From IMG/VR virus record IMGVR_UViG_3300022752_000013: a DNA stretch of 64,000 nt; one strand, 5' to 3'. The notes below the pieces were generated by a model. It worked only from the letters and a program-made list of their open reading frames with translations. It searched no databases and was not told where the DNA came from. This document shows positions 39,749 to 48,640 of the stretch, piece by piece. The stretch is from a virus. Lineage: Duplodnaviria; Caudoviricetes. Made by a program: the position numbers and the translations under genes. Every line of letters starts with the position of its first letter. Within the stretch, counting starts at the first letter, position 1.

Positions 39749-40270
39749 ATGCACCTAATGATTGATCTTGAGGGTTTGGCAACAGGCCCTGACACTACTA
39801 TTCTTACCATAGCCGCCCAGGCATTTGATCCGTTCGGGTCGGGTCACTACGACAAGCATTACTATGCCAGGGTTACACTAGAAAGCCAGGAAAATCGTGC
39901 CATTGACGATGGCACAATTGCATGGTGGGCAACTCAACCAGAACATGCCAGAGAAGAAGCGTTTGGGGAACAAGATCGTATTCCTCTGGATCAAGCATTG
40001 GATGAACTGGGCCGGTTGATTTGGCACTCCCGACTGATCTGGAGTCAAGGACCCACGTACGACATGAACATTCTTGAACACGCCTACAAGAGTTATGGTA
40101 AATCTTTACCGTGGAAGTACTACATGGTACGGGACTCAAGAACTGTGTTCAGCCTGTGGCCAGAACAGCCTATTCCTGTCACCAGCCATCATGCGCTGGA
40201 AGACTGCCGTAGGCAAATTGGCATGCTTCAAGATACGCTTAAATATCTCAACGTAAAGGAACTCAAATGA
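39749..40270 (+). CDS. 3'-5' exo(ribo)nuclease, DEDD family (Rv2179c-like)
   Basis: HLMIDLEGL, WSQGPTYDMNIL, RDSRT, HHALEDC. Confidence 0.88.
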   Translation: MHLMIDLEGLATGPDTTILTIAAQAFDPFGSGHYDKHYYARVTLESQENRAIDDGTIAWWATQPEHAREEAFGEQDRIPLDQALDELGRLIWHSRLIWSQGPTYDMNILEHAYKSYGKSLPWKYYMVRDSRTVFSLWPEQPIPVTSHHALEDCRRQIGMLQDTLKYLNVKELK

Positions 40271-40932
40271 TCATTGGAGTATGCGGATTCATTGGCTCGG
40301 GCAAGGATACTATTGCTGATTATCTCACTAACTTTCATGGATTCCGCAGAGAATCATTTGCATCAACATTAAAGGATGCTGTGGCACAGGTGTTTGGCTG
40401 GGATCGTACCATGCTAGAAGGGCGCACTAAACAAGCCCGTGAATGGCGAGAACAAGTGGATCCCTGGTGGGCAGAGCGACTGCACATGCCCACACTAACA
40501 CCACGTTGGATCTTGCAGTACTGGGGCACAGAAGTATGTAGAGCAGGGTTTCACGATGATATCTGGATTGCCAGTTTAGAAAACAAACTGCGCCACAGTC
40601 AAGATGATGTTGTGATTTCCGACTGCCGTTTCCCTAATGAAATACGGGCTATCAAAAACGCAGGGGGTCGAGTTATTAGAGTAACTCGCGGTCCTGAACC
40701 TGAGTGGTACAAGGCCGCACTGAGTGTGAATCGTGGGGCCAATGGCAACTCAACCTGGTCGATTAGTCATCGCAAACTGGAAAAACTAGGAATCCATGCC
40801 AGTGAAACGGCCTGGGTGGGCACACAGTTTGATGCTGTGCTGGACAACAATGCCACTGTGGATGACTTGTTTTCTCAAGTCAATGATCTGCTTGCAGGTC
40901 TCCAGGTCGCCAAGGAACGTCCAGGCGCCTGA
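40267..40932 (+). CDS. Deoxynucleoside monophosphate kinase (T4 gp1-like)
   Basis: IIGVCGFIGSGKDT P-loop; RWILQYWGTEVCR; VVISDCRFPNE. Confidence 0.9.
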   Translation: MIIGVCGFIGSGKDTIADYLTNFHGFRRESFASTLKDAVAQVFGWDRTMLEGRTKQAREWREQVDPWWAERLHMPTLTPRWILQYWGTEVCRAGFHDDIWIASLENKLRHSQDDVVISDCRFPNEIRAIKNAGGRVIRVTRGPEPEWYKAALSVNRGANGNSTWSISHRKLEKLGIHASETAWVGTQFDAVLDNNATVDDLFSQVNDLLAGLQVAKERPGA

Positions 40933-41224
40933 CTTCCTCCGTGCAATTTAAACAAACTGTGCGTAGGTTACTCAGTTCTGTGTTGGTCAATCGTCCATCC
41001 ATGTGACATACCAATAATTGGCCGGCATACCTTGATCTAAACCCACAACGGTCACACACAGTTTTTTTCTTGTATCCCGCTGATTGCCAACGTGCCACAG
41101 GCGCTTTTTCCTGTCGCCCTCGGCGTATACAGTTGTCACACATCTTGCGATAGTACACTGTGTCTTCACGACGATAGTTCACAGCCACTGGGCGTTGATT
41201 GCAGGCTCGACAAATGGGTCTCAT
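40880..41224 (-). CDS. Zn-finger/HNH-like protein
   Basis: Four CxxC pairs; HMDG..TN...NL..VCLNC; minus-strand TAAATA at 41229-41234 supports start 41224. Confidence 0.6.
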   Translation of the reverse strand: MRPICRACNQRPVAVNYRREDTVYYRKMCDNCIRRGRQEKAPVARWQSAGYKKKTVCDRCGFRSRYAGQLLVCHMDGRLTNTELSNLRTVCLNCTEEVRRLDVPWRPGDLQADH

Positions 41225-41321
41225 GGGGTATTTATGGCCACGAACCTTTATAAAGGGCATCGCAACTGGCATGGTTTTGATGCGTTGCGATAAATATCTT
41301 TAAGTTTTATAAGGAGCCAAA

Positions 41322-44300
41322 ATGGCACTAATTTCCCCAGGTGTACAAGTCACCATCATCGACGAAAGCAACTATCTTTCAGCCGCTACAAATTCGGTAC
41401 CTTACTTTTTGATTGCCACAGCGCAAGACAAGGTATCTGGATCCGGAGTGGGGGTAGCCGCTGGCACATTGGCAGCAAATGCCAATCGAGCCTATTTAAT
41501 TACCAGTCAGAGAGATTTAACTGCGACATTTGGCAATCCTTTCTTTTATAAGACCACCATTGGTACTCCGATCAATGGTTACGAACTCAACGAATACGGT
41601 TTGCTTGCGGCATACTCTGCACTGGGTGTATCAAACCGTGCTTATGTACAACGTTGTGACATTGATTTGACCCAACTCACTGCCAGTTTGGTTCGTCCTA
41701 CTGGCGAACCCGACAACGGTTCTTATTGGTTAGACACAGCCAACACATTATGGGGTATTTTTGAGTGGAATTATACAACCAACACATTTAGTAACCAAGT
41801 GCCAAGCGTGATCACAGATACTGCTAATCTTACCAGTGGTGTTCCTTCTACCAGTTATGGCAGCATTGGTGACTATGCTGTGGTAGCAACCAACACAGCC
41901 AATCCGATCTATTATAAAAATGGTGCTACCACTACCGCTCAAACTAGTTCAACCACACTGAGCAATTTGTACAACACCTGGGTATTGGTGGGTAGTAACG
42001 ACTGGAAATTGAGTTGGCCTACTATCATTGGTGACAATGCAGTGACTACCAATTTGACTGTTGGCAACACATTGGTAATCAATGGTACTTCAGTTGCTGT
42101 TCCTACTCCTACCAACACTGTGGCTGGCCTCAGTGCCGCAATCAACACAGCCGCCATTAGCGGTGTATACAGTGCAGTGATTGATAACAAGTTGTGTTTG
42201 TTTGCTGATGCTGATGCAACTGCTGATGGATCTACCGCTGATGATGGTATTATTGTAATCAACAGTGTTGGTAGTACACCTGCGTTGATTACAACACTGG
42301 GGTTGACTACCAATGATGTTTATTATGCCCCAACATTACAGCAAAGTCCTAGTTATCAAAACCCACGTTGGAATTCAACTGGATCAACACCACGTCCTAC
42401 TGGATCAGTCTGGAACAAAACAAATAGTACCAATCTCGGAACTACCATGGTTGTCAAACAATATTCTACTGCACTGGCAGCGTTTGTTCAACAGTCGGCC
42501 ACGGTATATGCCAATGACCAGACAGCCAATGCAACTCTTGACACCACTGGTGGCAAACTTATTCCTGCAGGAACAACATATACTCAATACAATGTGGACC
42601 CAGAGGTCAATAACGGGCCTACCAGCAATAATCCTTTCAATAATACATACACACTACAAGTTTTTGAAAGATCAGTAGTGGGCGCTACAGTGATCACTGG
42701 GGACAATGATGCAGCCACGTTCACTAATCTGAATACGTTCTACATAATGACTTCCACTGCCAACAGCACTACATTGACAACACCAGTGTTGGCCACTGTG
42801 AATGGAACAACGCCTGCCGCTTTTGTAACAGCAGTGAGTGCGGCGGGTGTGCCCAATGTCAGTGCATCTGTTGACAGCAATGGATACATTGTGCTGACAC
42901 AAACACAAGGTGGAGTAATTCTACTGCAAAATGCTACTGGTACCCCGGTAACGGCCGCAGGATTCAATACCACAGTCACAGGATGCCGTACAGTGTATCT
43001 TGACACAGACACTGTGGCACCGATCACTGCGGCAAATGACACTTGGTTGAATTTAAGCAACTGGGTGGCAGCCACATACACCGCCAGTGACACTGCACCT
43101 GATCAAGACCCAGCAGATGGACGTTACTGGTATTATTCAGCAACCAACCAAGTTGACATCATGATTCAAAGTGGTACAGGTTGGGTTGGCTATCAAAACG
43201 AAACCAATGATGTACGTGGTGATAACCTGAGCCTGACAAATGCAACTGGACCGCTGATTTCTGCCACAGCACCTACTACACAAAGCGATGGAACTCCATT
43301 GGAATATGGTGACATTTGGATTGACACTTCAAATCTTGAACTGTATCCAGTGATCAATCGTTGGGCAAGTGACAACGGCGTGGATCAGTGGAACACAATG
43401 GACAACACAGATCAAACCACACAAAACGGTGTGTTGTTTGCAGATGCTCGCTGGAGTTCTACAGGCACAGTGGATCCTATCACAGGCGCACTACCAACCA
43501 TTACAAGTTTGCTGACCAGCAACTACTTGGACGTGGACGCACCTGACTACACCCTATATCCAACTGGTATGTTGTTGTTTAACACACGCCGTTCAGGATT
43601 TAATGTGAAGTCATTCCAGGTGAATTATTTTAATGCTGCCGATTTCTCATACTCAACCTGGAGTGGCGCAACTGCTTATGCAGTGGGAGATCAAGTGTTG
43701 TACAACACCACCTTGTATGTGGCTATTCAAGCAGGAACCAATCAAAATCCTGCCTCACAAGTTGCATATTGGCAACCATTAGAAACCAACAGTTGGGTCA
43801 CAGCCAGTGGCAATCGTGCTGACGGTGCTCCTAACATGGGACGTTTTGCTCAACGTGCATTGATTGTGGCAGCACTCAAGTCAGGAATTGATACCAGTGT
43901 TACCATAAGAGAAGAACAAGTGCAATTCAATTTGAGTGCATGTACGTCTTATCCAGAGTTGATCCCCAACATGGTAGCACTCAGCAATGAGCGCAACAAC
44001 ACTGTGTTTGTGGTAGGTGATACACCAATGCGTTTGCCAGCATCGGCTGCGGACATTGTGAGTTGGGCAACCAACAACGCAGGAGCAGGATACCCAACAG
44101 GCGATGGCTTGACCACAAGTTCACCTTATCTAGGTGTGTTCTGGCCCAGTTGCCAAACAGTTGATCTTTCAGGATCAGCAGTGGTCACAGCACCAAGCCA
44201 TATGATGGTTCGCACTATTATTCGCAATGACGAAGTTGCTTATCCATGGCTGGCACCAGCAGGCACACGTCGTGGTGTGATTGATAATGCTGATCAAATT

Positions 44301-44804
44301 GGATATATCAATGGTCAAACTGGTGAGTTTGTTACGCTAGGGGTGAACCAAGGCCTTCGTGATGTACTGTATCAAAACAGCATTAACCCAATCACGTTTG
44401 TACCTGGCGTGGGAATCACAAACTTTGGTAACAAAACTACCTATACCACTGCCAGCGCACTGGATCGTATCAATGTGGCCCGCCTGGTTGTGTTTATTCG
44501 CAATAGACTTGAGTCAATTGGTAAACAGTTCTTGTTTGAGCCAAACGATCAAATCACACGTGATGAAATCAAGAACGCTGTAAACAGTCTGATGATTGAT
44601 CTAGTTGCCAAGCGTGGTATCTATGACTACTTGGTTGTGTGCGATGATACCAACAACACACCAGCCAGAATTGATGCCAACGAACTATGGGTTGACATTG
44701 CAATTGAACCGGTCAAGGCAGTGGAATTCATCTACATACCAATTCGTCTCAAGAACACAGGCGAAATTGCAGCCGGCTCAGTGGCAGTTGCACAAGCAGT
44801 CTAA
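41322..44804 (+). CDS. gp18: Tail sheath protein (1160 aa, with large insertions)
   Basis: MALISPGVQVTIIDES; WLAPAGTRRG; LYQNSINPI; FGNKT; LDRINVARL; FEPND..TR; IEPVKAVEFIYIPI. Confidence 0.95.
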   Translation: MALISPGVQVTIIDESNYLSAATNSVPYFLIATAQDKVSGSGVGVAAGTLAANANRAYLITSQRDLTATFGNPFFYKTTIGTPINGYELNEYGLLAAYSALGVSNRAYVQRCDIDLTQLTASLVRPTGEPDNGSYWLDTANTLWGIFEWNYTTNTFSNQVPSVITDTANLTSGVPSTSYGSIGDYAVVATNTANPIYYKNGATTTAQTSSTTLSNLYNTWVLVGSNDWKLSWPTIIGDNAVTTNLTVGNTLVINGTSVAVPTPTNTVAGLSAAINTAAISGVYSAVIDNKLCLFADADATADGSTADDGIIVINSVGSTPALITTLGLTTNDVYYAPTLQQSPSYQNPRWNSTGSTPRPTGSVWNKTNSTNLGTTMVVKQYSTALAAFVQQSATVYANDQTANATLDTTGGKLIPAGTTYTQYNVDPEVNNGPTSNNPFNNTYTLQVFERSVVGATVITGDNDAATFTNLNTFYIMTSTANSTTLTTPVLATVNGTTPAAFVTAVSAAGVPNVSASVDSNGYIVLTQTQGGVILLQNATGTPVTAAGFNTTVTGCRTVYLDTDTVAPITAANDTWLNLSNWVAATYTASDTAPDQDPADGRYWYYSATNQVDIMIQSGTGWVGYQNETNDVRGDNLSLTNATGPLISATAPTTQSDGTPLEYGDIWIDTSNLELYPVINRWASDNGVDQWNTMDNTDQTTQNGVLFADARWSSTGTVDPITGALPTITSLLTSNYLDVDAPDYTLYPTGMLLFNTRRSGFNVKSFQVNYFNAADFSYSTWSGATAYAVGDQVLYNTTLYVAIQAGTNQNPASQVAYWQPLETNSWVTASGNRADGAPNMGRFAQRALIVAALKSGIDTSVTIREEQVQFNLSACTSYPELIPNMVALSNERNNTVFVVGDTPMRLPASAADIVSWATNNAGAGYPTGDGLTTSSPYLGVFWPSCQTVDLSGSAVVTAPSHMMVRTIIRNDEVAYPWLAPAGTRRGVIDNADQIGYINGQTGEFVTLGVNQGLRDVLYQNSINPITFVPGVGITNFGNKTTYTTASALDRINVARLVVFIRNRLESIGKQFLFEPNDQITRDEIKNAVNSLMIDLVAKRGIYDYLVVCDDTNNTPARIDANELWVDIAIEPVKAVEFIYIPIRLKNTGEIAAGSVAVAQAV

Positions 44805-44821
44805 CGACATCGCTAGATACG

Positions 44822-44850
44822 AAAATGGGGTGGCAACACCCCATTTTTTT
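44822..44850 (+). terminator. Rho-independent terminator after sheath
   Basis: AAAATGGGGTG-GCAA-CACCCCATTTT plus T run. Confidence 0.9.
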
Positions 44851-44891
44851 TGGCCTCAAACGATATAAATAACACTATAGGAGATACTAAT

Positions 44892-45533
44892 ATGGCCGTT
44901 GCATCATTATCAAGAATGACAGTGCCCCTGGCAAGCGATCAAAGCGCGAGCAATCAGGGCATGCTCATGCCCAAACTTAAATATCGCTTTCGAGTGGTAT
45001 TTGAAAACCTTGGTGTGAGCACACCTAGAACAGAATTAACCAAACAAGTTGTGGACTTCAAACGCCCCACAGTAAACTTTGATCCCATTGTGCTTCCAAT
45101 CTACAATAGTGAATTAAAACTATCTGGCAAGCCACACTGGACAGATGTCACATGTACCTTGCGCGACGACGCATCAGGTGCTGTTACTCGACTGGTTGGT
45201 GAACAAGTTCAGAAACAAATGGACTTTTTAGAAATGGCTTCGGCTGCTTCTGGAATTGACTATAAATTTACCACACGTTTTGAAGTGTTGGATGGTGGCA
45301 ACGGTGCTGCCACACCCAATGTACTCGAAACCTGGGAACTGTATGGTTGCTATTTGTCGGCAGTTGACTACGGCGATGCCAACTACGGCAGCAATGACCC
45401 AATGACTATTGCAATGACCATTGTGTACGATAATGCTAATCAGACTCCTAATGGAACTGGTATCGGTACTGCAATTGCTAGAACAGTGAACGATGTTGTG
45501 ACTGGCGCTGGCACTGCGCAGGCAGCCCAGTAA
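44892..45533 (+). CDS. gp19: Tail tube protein
   Basis: PKLKYRFRV, WTDVTCTLRDD, WELYGCYL..VDYG; follows sheath; TATAAATA 44864-44871 and GGAGA SD support ATG 44892. Confidence 0.85.
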   Translation: MAVASLSRMTVPLASDQSASNQGMLMPKLKYRFRVVFENLGVSTPRTELTKQVVDFKRPTVNFDPIVLPIYNSELKLSGKPHWTDVTCTLRDDASGAVTRLVGEQVQKQMDFLEMASAASGIDYKFTTRFEVLDGGNGAATPNVLETWELYGCYLSAVDYGDANYGSNDPMTIAMTIVYDNANQTPNGTGIGTAIARTVNDVVTGAGTAQAAQ

Positions 45534-45545
45534 GGATAGACCAAT

Positions 45546-46697
45546 ATGCAATGGGGTCAGGATTTCCTGACAGGTTTTTTTGGTGCGCAAGGTCTCAAAG
45601 ACTATGCCCATGCCAGTAAAACCTTCAGAACCAATGGATACGAACTTGCTCCTCGGAACAAGTTCTTATTTCACGTTTACTTCAATCTCAACACGGCTGA
45701 AATCCCTACACTGAAAAATATTTTTAGTTCTAGTGAGCAAGCAGAACTAGGACTACTGATCAAGACCATACAACTTCCAACTTATAGCCTTGATACTGAA
45801 ACATTAAATCAGTACAATCGTAAAAGAATAATACAAAAGCGAATCAACTACCTGCCAGTGTCAATGACATTTCACGACGATGGCGGCGATTTGAGTCGTA
45901 ACCTCTGGTACAACTATTACAGTTACTACTATAAAGATCCTAACCAACAGTATGGATCGGCCAGTAATCAAAACGGCAGTATAGGTCAAGTGGCCAATCA
46001 GCCAGGATTTTCCTACAACTCCAGAGACATCTACGCCAACAATCGTCCTGTAAATGATTGGGGATACATAGGCGAAGGATACAGTCAAAGCAATGCCGGT
46101 GGACCAGGCGTAGGATCAGGTGGTGATCAATCGTCAGGTAAACCACCTTTCTTTAGAGACATCACTATCTATGGTATGGACCAACACAAATGGGCCAGTT
46201 ATGTGTTGATCAATCCGTTAATTAAAGAATGGAAGCATGATCAATATAACTACAGCGAAGGTGGTGGCATCATGGAAAACAGCATGACTGTGGAATATGA
46301 AACTGTAAAATATTATGCTGGAGCCATTGGAGGTTCTAGAGCAGATACCAATGTTAAAGGTTTTGCTGATCCTGCACACTATGACAACATTAGATCAAGC
46401 CTGGCCAGACCTGGCAGCACAAGGACTGTGCTGGGTCAAGGCGGATTATTAGATGCTGGCATTGGTATCGTACGAGATCTACAAAGCGGCAATTTAACAG
46501 GTGTAATTGGTGCCATACAAAAGGCCGGCACAACCTATAACACATTCAAAGGTGTCAACATCAGAAGCGTGGTCAACGAAGAAGCCAATGCATCAGTCAA
46601 GGCTGTGATACGCAACAGCATTCCGGGTGCTGTGAGACAGCAACAGGGCGGAACAGGCGGCTTTGTGTTTCCTAGGTCGCCAGGATACGGACAATAA
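45546..46697 (+). CDS. Tail-tube-fold baseplate/tube initiator protein (gp48/gp54-like)
   Basis: LIKTIQLPTYSLDTETLNQYNRKR...PVSMTFHDD; MTVEYE; follows the tube gene. Confidence 0.6.
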   Translation: MQWGQDFLTGFFGAQGLKDYAHASKTFRTNGYELAPRNKFLFHVYFNLNTAEIPTLKNIFSSSEQAELGLLIKTIQLPTYSLDTETLNQYNRKRIIQKRINYLPVSMTFHDDGGDLSRNLWYNYYSYYYKDPNQQYGSASNQNGSIGQVANQPGFSYNSRDIYANNRPVNDWGYIGEGYSQSNAGGPGVGSGGDQSSGKPPFFRDITIYGMDQHKWASYVLINPLIKEWKHDQYNYSEGGGIMENSMTVEYETVKYYAGAIGGSRADTNVKGFADPAHYDNIRSSLARPGSTRTVLGQGGLLDAGIGIVRDLQSGNLTGVIGAIQKAGTTYNTFKGVNIRSVVNEEANASVKAVIRNSIPGAVRQQQGGTGGFVFPRSPGYGQ

Positions 46698-46699
46698 TC

Positions 46700-47062
46700 A
46701 TGGGCGGCTCAGTCAACTCACCAAACGAAAATGTTGATTTAACTGTTAGAATCTTTGACGGGTTCTACAGTTACGAACAATTTGTAAGTGCCGAAGAGTA
46801 TGATGTGGTGTACAGTTATCTCAAGAGTGTGTTTACTACAGATGCGGCAGCCGGAAATTTTGCTGTGGCCCTGTTTAGAATTGCCGACGAAACTCGCACT
46901 CCGGTGCTGACAATTTTGCAAACTCTCGAAGGCCAAGACTCACTCACCCTCACACAAACCTTGTGTTACTATCTCAACAGCATGCGAAGCGGTAGTACAC
47001 TATTGGGTTACGGTGCCACAGTCACACCCAACTACTACACCGCAAGGAATGTGCTGGCATGA
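46700..47062 (+). CDS. Hypothetical protein
   Basis: 120-aa ORF coupled to neighbours in the tail operon. Confidence 0.65.
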   Translation: MGGSVNSPNENVDLTVRIFDGFYSYEQFVSAEEYDVVYSYLKSVFTTDAAAGNFAVALFRIADETRTPVLTILQTLEGQDSLTLTQTLCYYLNSMRSGSTLLGYGATVTPNYYTARNVLA

Positions 47063-47490
47063 GCAGATTTGCCAATGGCACTTACACGCTAACTAATCCT
47101 GCCAAGTATGTGGGCAAAGGCACACCCAGATACAGATCAGGTTGGGAGCATGCTTTTTTTAAATTCTGCGACTCAAACGATGCTGTGCTACAGTGGGCCA
47201 GTGAAAGCATAGCCATACCTTATCGCAATCCCATTACAGGCAAGCAGAGTCAATATATACCCGATATTCTAATGACTTATCGCACTAGAGGAAATCAAGT
47301 GCGAGCAGAGTTGGTAGAAATCAAACCCAAAAAGCAAAGCGTAATCGAAGGCAAAATGTCGCCGCGAGATCGTGCTGTAGTTGCAATCAATCATGCCAAA
47401 TGGCATGCGGCAACATTATGGGCTAGGAAAAACGGTTTGATTTTTAGAGTAATTACAGAAGATCAAATGTTCAAGAACGGTAGCAAATAG
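47059..47490 (+). CDS. gp4: Head completion nuclease, T4 gp4/TnsA-N-like
   Basis: NPAKYVG, YRSGWE, WASES..IPY, YIPDI, VEIKP, KWHAA, FRVITE. Confidence 0.88.
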   Translation: MSRFANGTYTLTNPAKYVGKGTPRYRSGWEHAFFKFCDSNDAVLQWASESIAIPYRNPITGKQSQYIPDILMTYRTRGNQVRAELVEIKPKKQSVIEGKMSPRDRAVVAINHAKWHAATLWARKNGLIFRVITEDQMFKNGSK

Positions 47491-47521
47491 CCTACACCCA
47501 TGAGTTTGCGGTAAATATGGC

Positions 47522-48007
47522 ATGACCCGTAAACTAGAAGAACTTTTTGATTTACCCCCAAACGATAGTCCTGAAATTGAGGATGCTCCTTCTATTGAAG
47601 AAACACGCACCTACATTGCTGAGATAGATGATACCATTGACAAGATAGATGCGGCCTTACCGGGTGTGCGTGATCTCAGTGCCAGCGACGTTGAGATGGA
47701 TGATTTGGCAGCCAAAGCAACCAAGAGTTTTGATGACTTGATGGATTTGGGGATGAATATTGATTCAAGATTTGCCGCAGAAATCTTTGGCGTAGCCGGC
47801 ACAATGTTGGGTCATGCACTCACAGCCAAGACAGCCAAACTAAACAAAAAACTAAAAGTGATTGATCTACAGTTGAAAAAAGCCCGACTGGATCAACAAA
47901 ACCCTGACGACGCACCCACACAGCCGGGCCAAGGCCATGTGCTGGACCGCAACGAAATTCTAGAACGCTTGATTGGCGATAGAAGAACAATCGGCAAAAA
48001 AGAATAA
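47522..48007 (+). CDS. Putative terminase small subunit (gp16-like)
   Basis: Helical DDLAAKA...DLMDLG...AEIFGVA...NKKL pattern; late promoter at 47512-47517. Confidence 0.5.
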   Translation: MTRKLEELFDLPPNDSPEIEDAPSIEETRTYIAEIDDTIDKIDAALPGVRDLSASDVEMDDLAAKATKSFDDLMDLGMNIDSRFAAEIFGVAGTMLGHALTAKTAKLNKKLKVIDLQLKKARLDQQNPDDAPTQPGQGHVLDRNEILERLIGDRRTIGKKE

Positions 48008-48027
48008 ATATCATATAGGACCTTACC

Positions 48028-48636
48028 ATGAAGACATTTCATCAATATCTCGCAGAATCTGAGCGCACATACGACTACAGGATCAAAATACTGGGCGACG
48101 TGCCGCAGGAATTCATCAAAAATCTCGAAGAAAAAATGGCGCAGTTTGACATTGTCAAACTTAGTCGCCCTAAAACTACACCTGTGCAAAAGTTGCAAAA
48201 AGACTTTCCAGGCGCAGAAAATCAAAGCGTGACTTTCATGGACGTGAGTTTTAGATACCCTGCTATCGAGCCACAGATCAAACAGTTGGCACAGTTGTTG
48301 GGTCTCAATCCCAACTCGATAACTTTGCAAACACAGGCCTATGATGACAGTATCACAAAAGAGATTGCAGACATCACAGCACAGAACACGGACCTGATCG
48401 CTGACACAGATTATCCTGCACCCGATGCAGAACAGCGAGCCCTGAGCCAAGACTACTCGGCCAACCCATATCAACATGCAGTATTGCGGAACGAATATCG
48501 TTCAGACTTTACTGTGGCTGGCGGCAAAACACCTCCTGCAAAAACCACAAATGATATTCCCACACAGAACAAGAGCCCGTTCAACAATATCAAGCGTCAA
48601 CCCCGCCCAGCAACTGGTGCCAACCCAAGAGGATAA
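48028..48636 (+). CDS. Putative internal head protein with capsid-targeting-like N-terminus
   Basis: Begins MKTFHQYLAE (T4 IP targeting sequence is MKTYQEFIAE); TAAATA 48005-48010. Confidence 0.55.
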   Translation: MKTFHQYLAESERTYDYRIKILGDVPQEFIKNLEEKMAQFDIVKLSRPKTTPVQKLQKDFPGAENQSVTFMDVSFRYPAIEPQIKQLAQLLGLNPNSITLQTQAYDDSITKEIADITAQNTDLIADTDYPAPDAEQRALSQDYSANPYQHAVLRNEYRSDFTVAGGKTPPAKTTNDIPTQNKSPFNNIKRQPRPATGANPRG

Positions 48637-48640
48637 TATA

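Noticed and set aside
40880-41224. HNH-like ORF as a mobile homing endonuclease
   Set aside because: The terminal His is replaced (CLNCT), composition matches the genome and it has a late promoter; kept as an ordinary CDS
41245-41291. Palindrome CCTTTATAAAGG and ATCGCAAC/GTTGCGAT inverted repeat
   Set aside because: Adequately explained as part of a divergent late-promoter region; too little evidence for a separate element
48476-48640. 5' extensions given by the ORF track (48476; likewise 927, 4856, 9197, 11112, 37724, 44850, 50811, 52880)
   Set aside because: They overlap upstream genes or promoters; downstream ATGs have SD or late-promoter support
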